Assembly (NCBI GenBank): GCA_008632985.1
Contig: QPGO01000027.1
Location: 620,001-684,000 of the forward strand
Reading direction: 5' to 3'
Length of the DNA stretch: 64,000 nucleotides
Origin: Psammoneis japonica
Lineage: Eukaryota
Shown: positions 49,712 through 61,590 of the stretch, piece by piece
Layout of the letters: each line of letters starts with the position of its first letter
Position numbering within the stretch: position 1 is the stretch's first letter
Notes under the pieces: generated by a model
Database searches by the model: none
Told to the model about the DNA's origin: nothing
The model's input: the letters and a program-made list of their open reading frames with translations, nothing else
Made by a program: the position numbers and the translations under genes

Positions 49712-50600
49712 TGACCTCTTTGAGGAAAAGCATTCCTTGGTCAGCCACCTCAAAGTGCCCCGTCTTGTGTCTCTCCGCACCAGCAAAGGCCCCTTTCTCA
49801 TGGCCAAAAAGCTTGCTTTCAAGCAATGACTCAGGCAGTGCCAAGCAGTTGAGCTGGACCAGGGGAAAATCCACCCTTCCCAACTGATGATGGATGATCT
49901 TGGCCAGGACCTCCTTTCCCATGTCTGTTTCACTGAGAAGAAAGATCAAGATCAATGATTGTGCAATGCAGGGGATTTTGGAGAGGATTTTGTTCATCGG
50001 CAGTGAAGCAAAGGCACAGCCAAAGGCATTGACCAGCTGGGCATCAGCCATCAGATCGGTCACGAGCGGCACCTCGCCCTGACTGCAGATCCTCTTGTTC
50101 TCCTCCAGCAAGCATGCAACCTGGGCAAAGAGGAACTCGGTGCTTGATGCATCATCCAGGCAGAATGCCAGACCAAAAGCACATGGAGTGGTGCATTGTT
50201 GCCCCCCGCGTCCAGATCTGATGCAAGCTCCTTGAGGCCCGACCGCACCAGAGCGCCAGATGGACATGGCGGTTTGTGTCGGAGAGCAGGATGTCGAACT
50301 CCCTGGGGGCATTGCACCTGATGATGTGCATGTCGTGGTGCACTTTTTGGATCACAGTGGAGATGCAGTTGAGAGCCACATCAGCCTTGTGGTGGCTGTC
50401 TGCCCTGATCCTCTCCAGATTGTCCAGGCTGATCCGGAGGAGGGCAAGCTTTCTGCTGGTGCAAACGGTCCAGTCCAGTTCTTCAGCAAGGCAGTGATGG
50501 AAGAACGCTCAGAAACAGAGCCCCATTTCTGGGTCCTGGATCACCATGAGGCAGAGTTGGGCATTCTCAAAAGAGATGGTGATCTGCTGGGCCATGCTGG
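49712..50600 (-). pseudogene. Bacterial-type GAF-tail / GGDEF-like / sigma-54 activator AAA+ gene fragment
   Basis: AQQITISFENAQLCLMVIQDPEMGLCF*..LAEELD..LALLRISLDNL..EFDILL, then SETDMGKEVLAKIIH..LNCLALPESLLESKLFGHEKGAFAGA..GHFEVADQGMLFL (degenerate GAFTGA). Contains a stop and a frameshift. Confidence 0.85.
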
Positions 50601-50615
50601 TTGGGTGGTCCCTGT

Positions 50616-51657
50616 TCACCAGGCAAACTCACCGAGCCCCACGCTTTCAACCCGATGTTTGAGATGCACATTGGAGCCATTCACAATGATGATTCCAAGG
50701 CCTGTCTCCACCCCAAAACCATGCAGGGCATCTTCCTCAATTGCAAAAACATGCTCAATGTGATGCATGTGAAGGTTCCTTTTGGCATCGCCCAGGTTGG
50801 CAAAGCTTTCCTTGACAAAGTGACACCTCACAATTGTGTTTTTTGCTCACGCGAGTTCAAACAGATGGAAATGGAATGGTTCTGCCATCCCGATGACTCC
50901 CAGGCATGGTTCCGGTTCTGGAAAGAAGAGCACATGAAGTGGTGGAAAGGTCTTGGTGTCCGGGAAGATCTGCTGATCTTCCATGACCATGCTGAAGATG
51001 AACTTGCCCACTGCTCAAACGCCTGCATTGATGTTGAGTGCATGCACCCCTTCACTGATCCAAATTGTGATGAGATTAAGAGCATTGCCCACTGCAGATG
51101 TTTTGACCTGACTCAGCACCAGGAACACTCCAGTCAGAAGATGGAACATCTCAACCAGGAAACCAAGGAACACTTCATCCCCAACATCATCAAAGCTGCA
51201 TTGGGCCTGACTCGTGCTGCACTCGTGGTGCTTTGTGAAGCCCATCATGAAGAGTGGGTTCCCAAGGCCAAGGACGGAACCAAAGGCGGCATCATTGAAG
51301 CTGAACCTGGAGGAAAAGCTCCCGAGGGATGCAAGAGCAGGGTTGTCATGAATTTCCTGCTGTCGCTGGCCCCTGTCAAGGTTGCATTTTTCCTGCTGCT
51401 TAAGAACAAGCCCAAGCTGGTTGCCAAGACCCAGGATCTGTTCATGGCACATCGTGGCAAGTGTGTGTTCTTCTGCAACCAGGTTGGAGCCATTGGATGC
51501 CACTGCTGCCAACAGGATGAAATTGGCACACCGTTCTGTGTGACCGTAGACTTCAACATGCTGGAAGACAACACCGTCACCATTTGCTGGCACAACTTGA
51601 TGAAGCAGGAGCACATCAAGATCAACAAACTTGATGTGTTCTTCAACAAGCGGCTGA
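50616..51657 (+). pseudogene. glyQS: Bacterial-type alpha2 glycine--tRNA ligase fragment (N-terminus missing)
   Basis: TEP.AFN.MF, CLHPKTMQGIF (YLRPETAQGIF), PFGIAQVGKAF, REFKQMEMEWF, ELAHCS (ELAHYS), IGCHCCQQDEIGTPFCVTVDF (IGRRYRRQDEIGTPFC). Catalytic Arg residues lost and no Tyr in the ORF. Confidence 0.92.
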
Positions 51658-52899
51658 AACTTCATTCTTTAACAGGATTTACAGGGTCAAGCAACAGGGT
51701 TGTTTGATTGTGTTCATCCTGCAAATCCTGTCCAAAATGGCCTTCCAAGGCTGGTCATGCTTTTGCATGGTTCACTCACTGTGAATGATGAGAAATCCCC
51801 TCTTAAAGTCTGCCAGGAAATTGGTGCCCAGGGTGTGGCATGGCACTGCCCCAAATGTGGTGATGACATCAGTGTTGAAACCAGCTTCTGTGCCAGCTGT
51901 GTGCATGATGAGAAGACGGGAAAACTGCCATGGAAAAAGCAGCTGCCAAGAAATGTGCCCTCATGGCCTTCTTCATGCTGATCATCCTTGGTGCTCTTGT
52001 GGGAGTTGGCTGCTTCACAGTGGAGCGCATGCCCTTGTTCAAGGAACAACAGGCCACAAGCCATGTGCAGGGGTTGTGATTTCCGAAAAACAGGGTTTGG
52101 GCTGATTTCTGGTGCAAAACTCACGTAGAAAATTCGTGTGGAATGTCTTGTTCATTGTGCTTTTCCCGTGCTTTGCAAAAAACAGGCCACAACCTCAAGG
52201 AATCGATTGCAGTCATAATTGTTGACACTTTGCGCACTCACTTTTTGATGACAAACACGACGATGTCCACCGTTTGGCAAAATTCCATCATTGGAAAATG
52301 TTTGCCGTGGTGGGACCGTGTTGAAGTGTTGATCGAATTTCTGAAAATGGAGTTTTGAAGTGTTCATGCACAGAATCATGCCACTTGTGTAAAAGTCATC
52401 ATGCAAAGTGTCAATGGTTTCAGGGGAAAACGATTCCTTGAGGTGTCGGTGGAGCAGAGAAGCACGGCAGAAGCACGAGAAAAAAATCGGCCCAAACCCC
52501 AATTTTTGTAACTTTTTCTACGTAGAATTTCTGCGTGATTTTTGTGCCAGTGCACATGGCTTGTTCACTTGGAGGTCATCACCAAGAAGGCAGAGGCCCT
52601 CAAGGTCAAGCTGGACAAGAAGGCTCCCATGGCCCAGGTTGGCAAGATGATTGAGCTCAAGGATCTGAAAGGTCACTACCTGCACAGCAAAATCCTGGAA
52701 CTTGACAACAGCCAGGTTCTGTTGGACATGGGCAACCAGGGCCACAAGACCATTGCCTGTGCCTTGCTGGCAACAAATGTCAGGGTCAGGGCAGATGGTG
52801 CATTTCATGAAAATTTCTGAAGAATTCGGTGGCAAACAGATCCCCTGACCATGATTGCCAGTCATGTTGACACGTCCCTGCCCTTTTCATGTGCTTGCC

Positions 52900-53900
52900 G
52901 GATCAGGGATTTCAGCCCCACAGCCATGAGGAGAACTTGGTGAAGTGCATTTGGTGTGCCCAACCTTGCCACAGCCACAGCAATGTTTGTTGGTGTTGCC
53001 AGCAGTCAGGTTGGACTCTGGGAGTTTGCTGGCTGGGGCAGGCCAATCTTCATCACTGACAAGCTCACCATGGGTCTTGGTGATCCATCCAATGAGACCA
53101 ACAGGTCCAAGTTCCACACAGTCAGTGTCCTTGGGGACCTCCGCGGGGACATGCAAACAACACTTGTGGCATTCCAACCTCTTGACAGAGCCAAGCTTGT
53201 CAAAGACTTGGCAGTTGAAAAACTCAGAGGATGTCTTGGATGCCCCAGTTAAAACAGCAGATCAAGCATCAACCAGCACAGTGCTTGGTCCGTCTGCATG
53301 ATTTTGAGCAGGCGCAGGGCCTCGGTCACAAGCTCGGTGCAATCCTCACCAAGGCATTGATCAAGAGTGAGCTCCTTCAACTTGTTCTTGGCAGCCTCAA
53401 CGTCAATGAGAGCACTGGCGTTGCAGGCATCGAGAGCCATCGCAAGCAGGACAGACCCTGGGAGATCCTTGCAGTTCTTCGTGTGATTGAACTTGGCCTC
53501 AATCTTTTCACAGAAGGTGTCAGTGATGCAGGACTTGATGATGAGTTGCAAAAGCCAATGTCTTCAATCTCACATTGGGTCTCAAGGTCTTCAACAGTGA
53601 AGGTGTGAAGATGATCAAAAAGGTGCATGACCTTGCCATTGACGTTCTTGAGATGGCAGAAGGTTTCTTGTCCATGTGACTCAATTAAGTCCTGGACAGT
53701 CTTGACAGAGTGGTCTTTGTCCAGTTCTGCACTGGAGCCATTGGATGACTCAATCTGACCATTGAACTTGGAGGCAGCAGATGAGGGAAGTTGATCACAA
53801 AGGGATTGCTTGATGGGATCAACAGCTTTCAGATGGTGATGCTGCAAGGCAAAATGGCAGGTGCACTTGTCTTTCTGGCCATGCTTGTCATTCAAAGCAG
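52900..53900 (-). mobile_element. LTR retrotransposon gag relic (copia-like)
   Basis: LPGSVLLAMALDACNAS..D...A...L..L.L..CLGED and a terminal CCGCGKVGH knuckle remnant. Frameshifted. Confidence 0.45.
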
Positions 53901-54519
53901 AACCACCCAGACAGACACTGTGAGAGTGGTGGGTGCCACTGTGAGTTGGCACTGGGATCAAAGGAGTGGGGTTTGTTGAGGCTTGCATGGCAGCAAAGGC
54001 TTCAGCAAACCTCTTGAAGGCATCAGGATCCATGGAAGTGATGGTCACACATGAGGATCATTCGACACAGAAGATCAATCAGTCAAGGAGCTGGGCAGGG
54101 TTGCAACACAGATGATCACCATTGGATTGTGATGCAGAAGATTGCTGTTGGATTGTGACATAGAAGATCGCCATTGGAAGGGATGTTGTCTGTTACAAGA
54201 TGAACAAGTGGCAGCAACTCCATCATGAGTTGACACCGGTGTGTGAATTGGGGTCGCAACCACTTGGGATGCAACAATGCACTGCATGGGATGGAGAGTT
54301 CAGGGCTCTCTTGAGGTTGTAAAACACAGTGCAGAGGATGACAGGATGTGGTTTGGGGCAACAAGATGCACCAAAGATGCGAATTGTGAGAAGATCTCAT
54401 GATGAATTGGAAATGACATCATGACCTGACGGTTGTGTGTGTCACTCTGATTGCTGTTGCCAGTGGCTGCAGTGTGACCGGGGGCATCATCCGTGAATCA
54501 GACTTGACGTTGGTCCTGG

Positions 54520-55170
54520 TCACCTTTGGCAGACTTGACCTGCTCAATCCGCTTGCAGAATTGCACGAACTCAGACACAGTGTGAGCCAACGGGTCAAAA
54601 TTCTGCAGAGTCATGATCTTCTGCCACGCGTTTGGCACTCCGCACTCAAACAAGTCACAGAGTTCATCATTGGGCAATGACTCCGGTGTTTCTCCTCCTT
54701 GTGTCACAGGCAGAAACTGAGAGACACAGCCATTGCTTTCAACAGCTCTCGTGACATGGTCACAAGTGGAAACCTCAGCGGGCTTGCGCGCGAAGCGTTG
54801 CAGATGACGTTTCTGCAGCAGTGCCGCCCTGTGTGGGAATGCACTTTCCTTTGGCTTTGCTGTGCATGCAGCATGCTCAGCGTTGGTTTGAGAAGCCTGC
54901 TCTTCAGCAGCATTGTCAAAGGTTGTCAGGGCATCACCCTCGAGAAGCCTGTGCACAAGTGCATGCTTCGCCGGCCCCACAGAGTGATGGTGTTGCAGAG
55001 AAAAATCAGAAGTTCCTCGCATGTTCCCACAGAAAAGTGTGGCAGACCCATCTTGTGCATTGGACTGTCAGCATCAGCAGGGTCGTTACGCAGCTTGAAT
55101 GTCTGGCACTCACCCTGCTGCATTTCCTTCTTCTCCAGCCACACAAACAGAATCGGCGGCTTGAGATGCT
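54520..55170 (-). mobile_element. LTR retrotransposon gag relic (Ty3/gypsy-like)
   Basis: FKLRNDPADADSP..F..GT.EELL, GPAKHALVHRLLEGDAL, FP.RA..LQKRHLQR..RKP, GVPNAWQ..M..QNFDP..FVQFCKRIE. Confidence 0.55.
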
Positions 55171-55919
55171 TCTTCATGGTGGTTTTTGAGTTTGTCGGTC
55201 CTGCCAGCATGTCTCAGCATTCGTTTTCGTAGATTTTGTAACCTCACACACTGTGCGGGAGCAACATTGCTGTGCCCCATGTGTGCAATGGGCAACAAAA
55301 ATGCAGATGTGTTGCAACTGCATCGATGTGAAAATTGTGAGCTGGTTTGTGTGCAGAGAAATGGAATCGTGCGAATGGGGAATCTTGCCCAATTTGTCAC
55401 ACCAATTGATCGTGCATTCGCATTGTGGATCGTGCAAATCATGCCATCATGCACCATGCATGAGTGATGTCATCATGTGGAATCACGCCACTGTTGTGGG
55501 CCAGACAACAGGTTAGAGTGCTCCACACGGGTGCTCTCTTGGCATCCTTCTAGATTGCCTGAGACATGGAGCCATGCCCTCCTGTGGTGTGCTTCCCAGG
55601 TGCGTGTTGGCAATGCTGTGCTGCCATGCACAAGAGGCTGTGCATGGTTTTGCTGTGTTGTCCAGCACTGAGGCACGCTGCAGATTGATGATCATGCACA
55701 GTCTGTGCAGCTCATGTCCCTCAAAACTCTCTGATCAAGTCTCCATGACTGGCCTCAATTTTTGCACCACACTCTCTTCTTGTTCTGAGTGGGGCCAAGA
55801 AGGAAGCAACAAAAAACACGACCTGCCATTGGCAGAAGTGCTGTGGGAAAAGATCTGATCTTGCATCTCTTGAGCTGTGGCACATGACGCAGATGATCCC
55901 GGTGTCGCTCTCCTGGAGA

Positions 55920-55965
55920 TTCATCGTGGGACCCCACAAATGCGGAGGGACACACAACCCGGAAA
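55920..55965 (+). repeat. Degenerate solo end of the 44118-44369 MITE family
   Basis: TTCATCGTGGGACCCCACAAATGCGGAGGGAC versus the intact TTCATCGTGGGACCCCACAAATACGGAGGGAC. Confidence 0.85.
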
Positions 55966-56461
55966 CAGAGCAATTTTGATTTTTTGCTCATGACGCATGA
56001 GACAACAAAATGAACAAAGATGCCGTTGCGTTTGACACTCTCATTCTAGCTGCTGAAACACTCCTTCAGCAGCATGTTGTGGCACCGATGTCTCTCAAGT
56101 GCATTGTGAACAGTCAAAAGGCAGAGGCTCCAAAACAATGCTGTTCTGCTTCCAACAAGTCTGCTGACAGTTTGCATGCCAATGCTGTTGCTCAGGCAGG
56201 CATGCGACTTGGGAAGGAGCTTGCTGACACCAACCAGGTGGAAACCATGGTTCAACTGAGATGCAGCAGCCATGCGCGAAGAATGACTGATGCTGGGGCT
56301 CAATGCCAAACAGCAAACAGGCAGAGATGGGAGCAGAATCAACAAACGCATGATGAGGAGAATGTGACCGCTGAACAACCCCCCCCCCCCGCGAGTTGGA
56401 AGAAGAAGGGGCAGTTGAGCCTCCACCCACAGCGGAAGGAGAGACAGACCATGAAGTGGAG

Positions 56462-56634
56462 GTGGAAGAGGAAGAAGGTGCTCCTCCAGCTGAGGAGGAA
56501 GAAGCAACTTCACCAGCAGCATCTGCGGAAGAGGAAGGAAAGGAAGAAGAAGAAGGTGCTCCTCCAGCTGAGGAGGAAGAAGCAATGTCAGCAGCAGCTT
56601 CTGTGGAAGAGGAAGGAAAGGAAGAAGAAGGTGC
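56462..56634 (+). repeat. 81-bp tandem repeat encoding a Glu/Ala-rich peptide
   Basis: GAAGAAGGTGCTCCTCCAGCTGAGGAGGAAGAAGCAA occurs twice, with flanking partial units. Confidence 0.7.
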
Positions 56635-59600
56635 CACAACACGCAATCCCTTTGAGCATCCCAAAGACTGTGCACCTAGAAATGAATCAAACATTGGTCA
56701 GCATGATGCGCAGGATCTCAAAAGGAAGAAGAAAGGCACGAACAACATGACTGGAGCCAAGAAAAGATGAAACCTGACGGATCTTCCACAAAGTGCACGA
56801 GCTTCCTTCAACCACAACATGAGAACAAAATTTGGCTGCATGACAAAGAATGCATGCGGTGCACTTGAGCACTGTGCACTCGATCCTGAAAGTGAATCAT
56901 TCACCAAAATCAGCCCAAAAGTCAGGGTGACTCTTGCGATCGAGACTGATGTGAAGCATTTCAAATCAAACAAAGAAGCAGAAAGTGGTTGTCTCACAGA
57001 ATGAGAAAAAGTGGACAAACTCAAAAGGGAGAGGCCGTCACTGATTCTCGCATCCAACAGCAGGGAGGATGCAAGGAGCACCTTCACTGCAGTTGAGTCA
57101 TGCCTGAATGAAGCCAAGCAGTTGTGCAAGGAAAAGGAAGAGGCCGGTGGGACAGCTGGTTTTCTGAGTTGCAGACTGAAGAAGTGCATGAGCTGCATGG
57201 TGTGGGCAATGAAGATGAGGCAGAGGAATTCATGAAAATGGCAGTGGATCCGGGGAAGGAGGGCAAATGGACTGAATCCAACACTGGTCCTCATCAAGCA
57301 CGTGAAAAGCTGATGAGGCGATGGCAATCAAACCCAGTGTGGTGTTGCAACAATGCATGAGTCGCAACAATGTGTGACACAAATGCACCTCTCTGGTTGT
57401 TCTAGTCTGAGACAGTCACATGGATCGCTTCTTTCTTCATGGGCTGGAGAGGCTGACAATGGAAGAATCAATGCTGCCCAGCGTTGAGGCTGACACTTGA
57501 CTGAGCACTTGGTCCTGCGACTGAGACAAGTTCTCATGCTGTGAGGTGGCAAAGTTACGGGAATGATCCACAGCACACTGTTGTTGGCCTCCAGACCTTG
57601 ACTCTGTTGTCCCATGATGGAACGGCATCCTTGTCTGCTTTTTCAGTTGAGCCACATCAATCCCGTCCAATGCATGTTCCTTGTCAAACAATTCTTCCTT
57701 TCTCTTTTTTCTGGCATCGTAAAAACCAGGAACCTTGTTGAGATGCTCTCGAGCCTTTGTCACCATGGTGAGATGCCAGTCTCGAGCAGCAGCACTTTCC
57801 ATGCCCTCAGTGGCCATGTCTGTGGGGAAGGCCCATTCAAATTTCTGCTTCTGTGCCATCCAGGATTCATTTGTTTTGTCTTGTCTCTCAACACCTTGCA
57901 TTCCGCCAAGAGAAATTTTTCAGTGTGCGCACCTTTTATTTTCTTCATCTCTTTCTTGCTGTCAGACATCATCTTCAAGCTCTTCAAGGGTTGCTTGAGG
58001 TGGCTTTGGCAGTGCCTTTTGATTGACAGGGTTGGGGTTGCTCTTGTTGAAGGGATTGGCTTTGTGACAATCAAGGGCAGCCTTTTCTCCCGGTTCTGCA
58101 AGGAAGCAGTTCATGGGATCGACTTGGCACTTCCCTTTTGGTGACCGCAGGTTCCTCCTTTCCAAGAGTTTCCGGTGGACTGTCATGGTGCACTCCCATG
58201 TGGCTCACATCCCACAACTGACAGACCATGGCGCAAAACGTGCAACCAAGATTTAGAGGCCTGTCACTCTTTGAAATGGAATTCAACAAGTGTCGCTTCA
58301 AGAGACGCCCTGGCTCTTCCTTCAGATTCGTGTTGCAGTTCACATTTCTTGCGGCAATGATTTTTTTCACACTCATCTGCATTCTGATGACAGAAAGTGA
58401 CTTCTCAAAGTTGGGTGTGCATTGCAGTGGCATGGTGCATCAACTTTGTTGACACACCTGTCAATGCATTCCTCTTTCAGTTTCAAGCTTCCCAAGTCTT
58501 GCGTGCCGCATCCAATTGAGGTGTCCTTCTGTTGGAATTCTTGGTGTCGATCGGTGCACACAATGGCTCCTTGTTCCGTCTTCTTGAACACCACAAACTT
58601 CTTGAACATGGCTTGATCTTTTTCAGACATGGTGCATTCTCGCTTTGCATCTTCCTCAGCAATCCTCTTGCATCCAGCGGCATTTGCAATCGAAAAGATG
58701 AGCTGATGGAGGATGTTTGCGGCAACAAACATGTCTCCATCTCCATCGCCATGAGACAGTCCAGCTGCAGGCTCCTTTGCTTCTTCCTCCTTGTTCACTG
58801 TCATTTGTGGGGTTGTGAAATGGCATGTGGGAGTGCACCTGTCTGCAACAAGCCTTTTGTCAAGATTGTCCAAACTGATCCCCAGCTGATCACCTTTCTG
58901 AACATCGAGTTGGCGCATGAATTCACTGCCTCGGCAATGTCCTTGTGTCAAACGGAACTTTTTGAGAGGGAGAGACCCCAATTGTGGAAGTGTGAACTCT
59001 TGGCACTTGACGATGACTTGGAAAGGACCTCTGCTGAAGTCCTTTGGAAAGGTGTTGGCTCATTGCTCACAACATTTCTGATGAGCTCTGCACAGACGAA
59101 CGCCTTGTTGCAAATTCTCTTTGTCACGTCTGTCACTTTTCCGTTGTCTTGCTCTCTTGAGCCTGTCATTGGGTGCTCCACAAAAAGACTCAAGAGGCTC
59201 TTGTCATTGTTGGCAAACCCTTGCAGCCAGTCTGTGGAGCCGTTCCAATGGAGAGCCGGATCTCGGCGCGCTTCAGGCTGAACCAAGAAAGCATGAAGTG
59301 CCAAAGCAAGTGAACAAAAATTGGTCCTCACATCTGCAGAGAAACATCCCAACTCAGCTGCCCGCAAATTTACAGAAAACGACCATCCGCGCGCACCAGT
59401 GGCAACTCCTTCCCCCCTGTCGCAACTGCAAAAACCACTCCGCTCTTTTGTTCACGCGAAGGAAGACACAAGAAATCATCAAGAGCTTCAAAGCCGCCAA
59501 TGTCAAAATGTGAGCATGATGACTCTTGCTGTGTGACTCCAGTGCAGGAGCATTTTCTCGAGCTGGCGTGTCTCGGCAAGTGGCGCACTTGTGGCAGTCA

Positions 59601-60028
59601 GCACGGCCATCGCAGCTGGGACAAATGGGCCCTTCACAAAGTCACTGTGCGCGCATTTCTCCAAAGCAGTGCAGGCACAAATGGCGCCCACACGGACGCA
59701 TGGTGAAGTGTGTCTTGCTCTTCAGTGCGCTTCTTGACACGCCACATTTCCACAGCTTTCCTCTGGGGAGGCGGCCTTCCTTTTTGATGACATGATGACC
59801 TTCCACAGTGCCAAACGGTCTTCTCATAGAGTGTGACAAGTGAGTGGAGTAGAGGATTGAACTGCACAACAACTGTGTGCTCTCCATCGGACGCAACAGC
59901 GTTTGTGGTCATGCATCTTTCATCGAGAAAAAATCAAAAAATCAAAATTGCTGCATTTCCGGGTTACGTGTCCCTTCCTCTTGTGCGCTTGTCCGCATTT
60001 GGCTCGCTCACGCACATCCGCGTGTCAC

Positions 60029-61590
60029 TTAACGGGGACCCCCCGTAAGTCTGTACGACCATCCGATGGAGCATTTTTTGCGAGTGAAACGCAACCGCTT
60101 CTCGTGTTGTCACCATGATAATTTCCGTTTCAGTCTGTTGCATGCCAAGCTTGTTCTAGCTGTTCTGCTGGCGATCCTTTTCAACAAATCGTTTGTTCCA
60201 CTCCTGTTGCCGAGTTTTGGTGAAAAGGATCGCCAGGTGAAAGTGTTTTTTCGATGACAACAACTGTGGTTCTGAGTGTCGCTGTCACCAAGCAACGATG
60301 CGCCAAACTCGTCTAAACCCAGCCAAATGAAAGAAAGAGTTGACAAAAAGAAGCATGCAATCCCGGTACATGATGCATGGTGCTAGCATGGAAGAAAACA
60401 AGAGTTTCAGTGCCAGGAGCAAGTCGCAAAATGTCAATGTTCTTTGTCGTGTTGCGCCAATGTCTCGCATCTCATGAACGTTTCTTTGGCCGTTATAGCT
60501 GTCCTGTTGTCAATCCTTTCCTATAAATCATTTTTTCTGATTCTATGGGTGAGATTTGATCAAAAGGATTAACAGCAGAAAGATTTTTGTGATGACAAGA
60601 ATTGTGTGTCTCTAATGTCGCCGTTGCTGAGCAGCGACACAACATGCGCCTCCACCAAGGCCACCCAAATGATGAAAAAAAATGGAGGAAGATTCGCAAG
60701 CGGGAGGTGTGGAATGCCCCTTGCTGTCTCTTTGTCGACAGAGAAGTTTTGAATGCAAAAGCATCCACAAACGGTGTCTTTTGTGGATTGGCAGTGTCAA
60801 GCAAATGCGCGCATTGTCAGGGGCACCGGAAACCAAAGAATCCTTTGGAATGTTCGCAATGCCTGCCCATCAGAGAATGGCAAGGGCAAGGATTACTGCA
60901 AAAGTGTGCAGAGCTGGGACAACTATGCTGCGACTACAAGCGCTGCTGTTTTTGTCGGCGTGACAGAGCATTCGCCACAGCTCTAGGATGATCCAGGTTT
61001 TCACTCTACAACTGTTGATTCTAGGTTTCTTCTAATGGTGATGATCTATAAAGCATTACATTGATGTCTTAAAAGGTCATTGATGCTTGAGCAACTCCCG
61101 TGCGGTAAAATGCCCAACATGCCCATCGCATTGACTTTTCTCGGATGGGCTGTTTCTGATCATCAGCAAATGGATGCTCTCTAGAAATCATTGCATCCTT
61201 AGAAGCAAACATTCTTTGACTCCTGTGCTTCATAGCATCTGTACTGGAGTTGTTACCGGACCGAGCGACAGTGCATTAGCACATCCCACATCCCTTGCAG
61301 CAGTTGTCGGCGTATGGGGCTGCAACCGAATTTGAGGCGCATCAGAGGGCAGATGAGATTCTGGACTTATGAAGTCCCAGAAAGCCACCATGCTGTAGCA
61401 CCTTATGTATAAGGTGAGGATCCATCCATACACCTTGCAAGCTAGCCGAAAATGCTGTGATAAGAAACGTTACGGCCTCCGCAATCTTCATGGTTGGTTT
61501 GATGTTTTTGTGATGGGAAACACATCGCACATTTATCACGAGCAGAAGCATCCACGGTCAACGTACAGACTTACGGGGGGTCCCCGTTAA
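60029..61590. mobile_element. Non-autonomous piggyBac-like element (TTAA-flanked, 25-bp perfect TIR)
   Basis: TTAA-CGGGGACCCCCCGTAAGTCTGTACG (60029-60057) and its exact reverse complement (61562-61590). No transposase ORF inside. Confidence 0.8.

Larger units (their letters stand above)
47100..59950. other. TpA- and CpG-depleted degenerate block E (TE and bacterial gene relics)
   Basis: Near absence of TA and essentially Tyr-free ORFs. Contains copia, gypsy-like and bacterial-type fragments. Confidence 0.9.

Noticed and set aside
49712..51657. Bacterial contaminant contig joined by misassembly
   Set aside because: The fragments carry the same TA/CG decay as the flanking diatom TE relics, which a live contaminant would not. 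Long-read confirmation is still advisable.
50601..51707. Functional glycine--tRNA ligase gene, or an alternative genetic code or RNA editing restoring Tyr
   Set aside because: The N-terminus is missing and catalytic Arg motifs are destroyed. The same changes occur in non-coding repeats on both strands, so DNA mutation is the simpler explanation.
1..59950. Classical fungal RIP or simple CpG deamination as the full explanation
   Set aside because: RIP enriches TpA and depletes CpA, the opposite of what is seen. CpG deamination alone cannot remove TpA.
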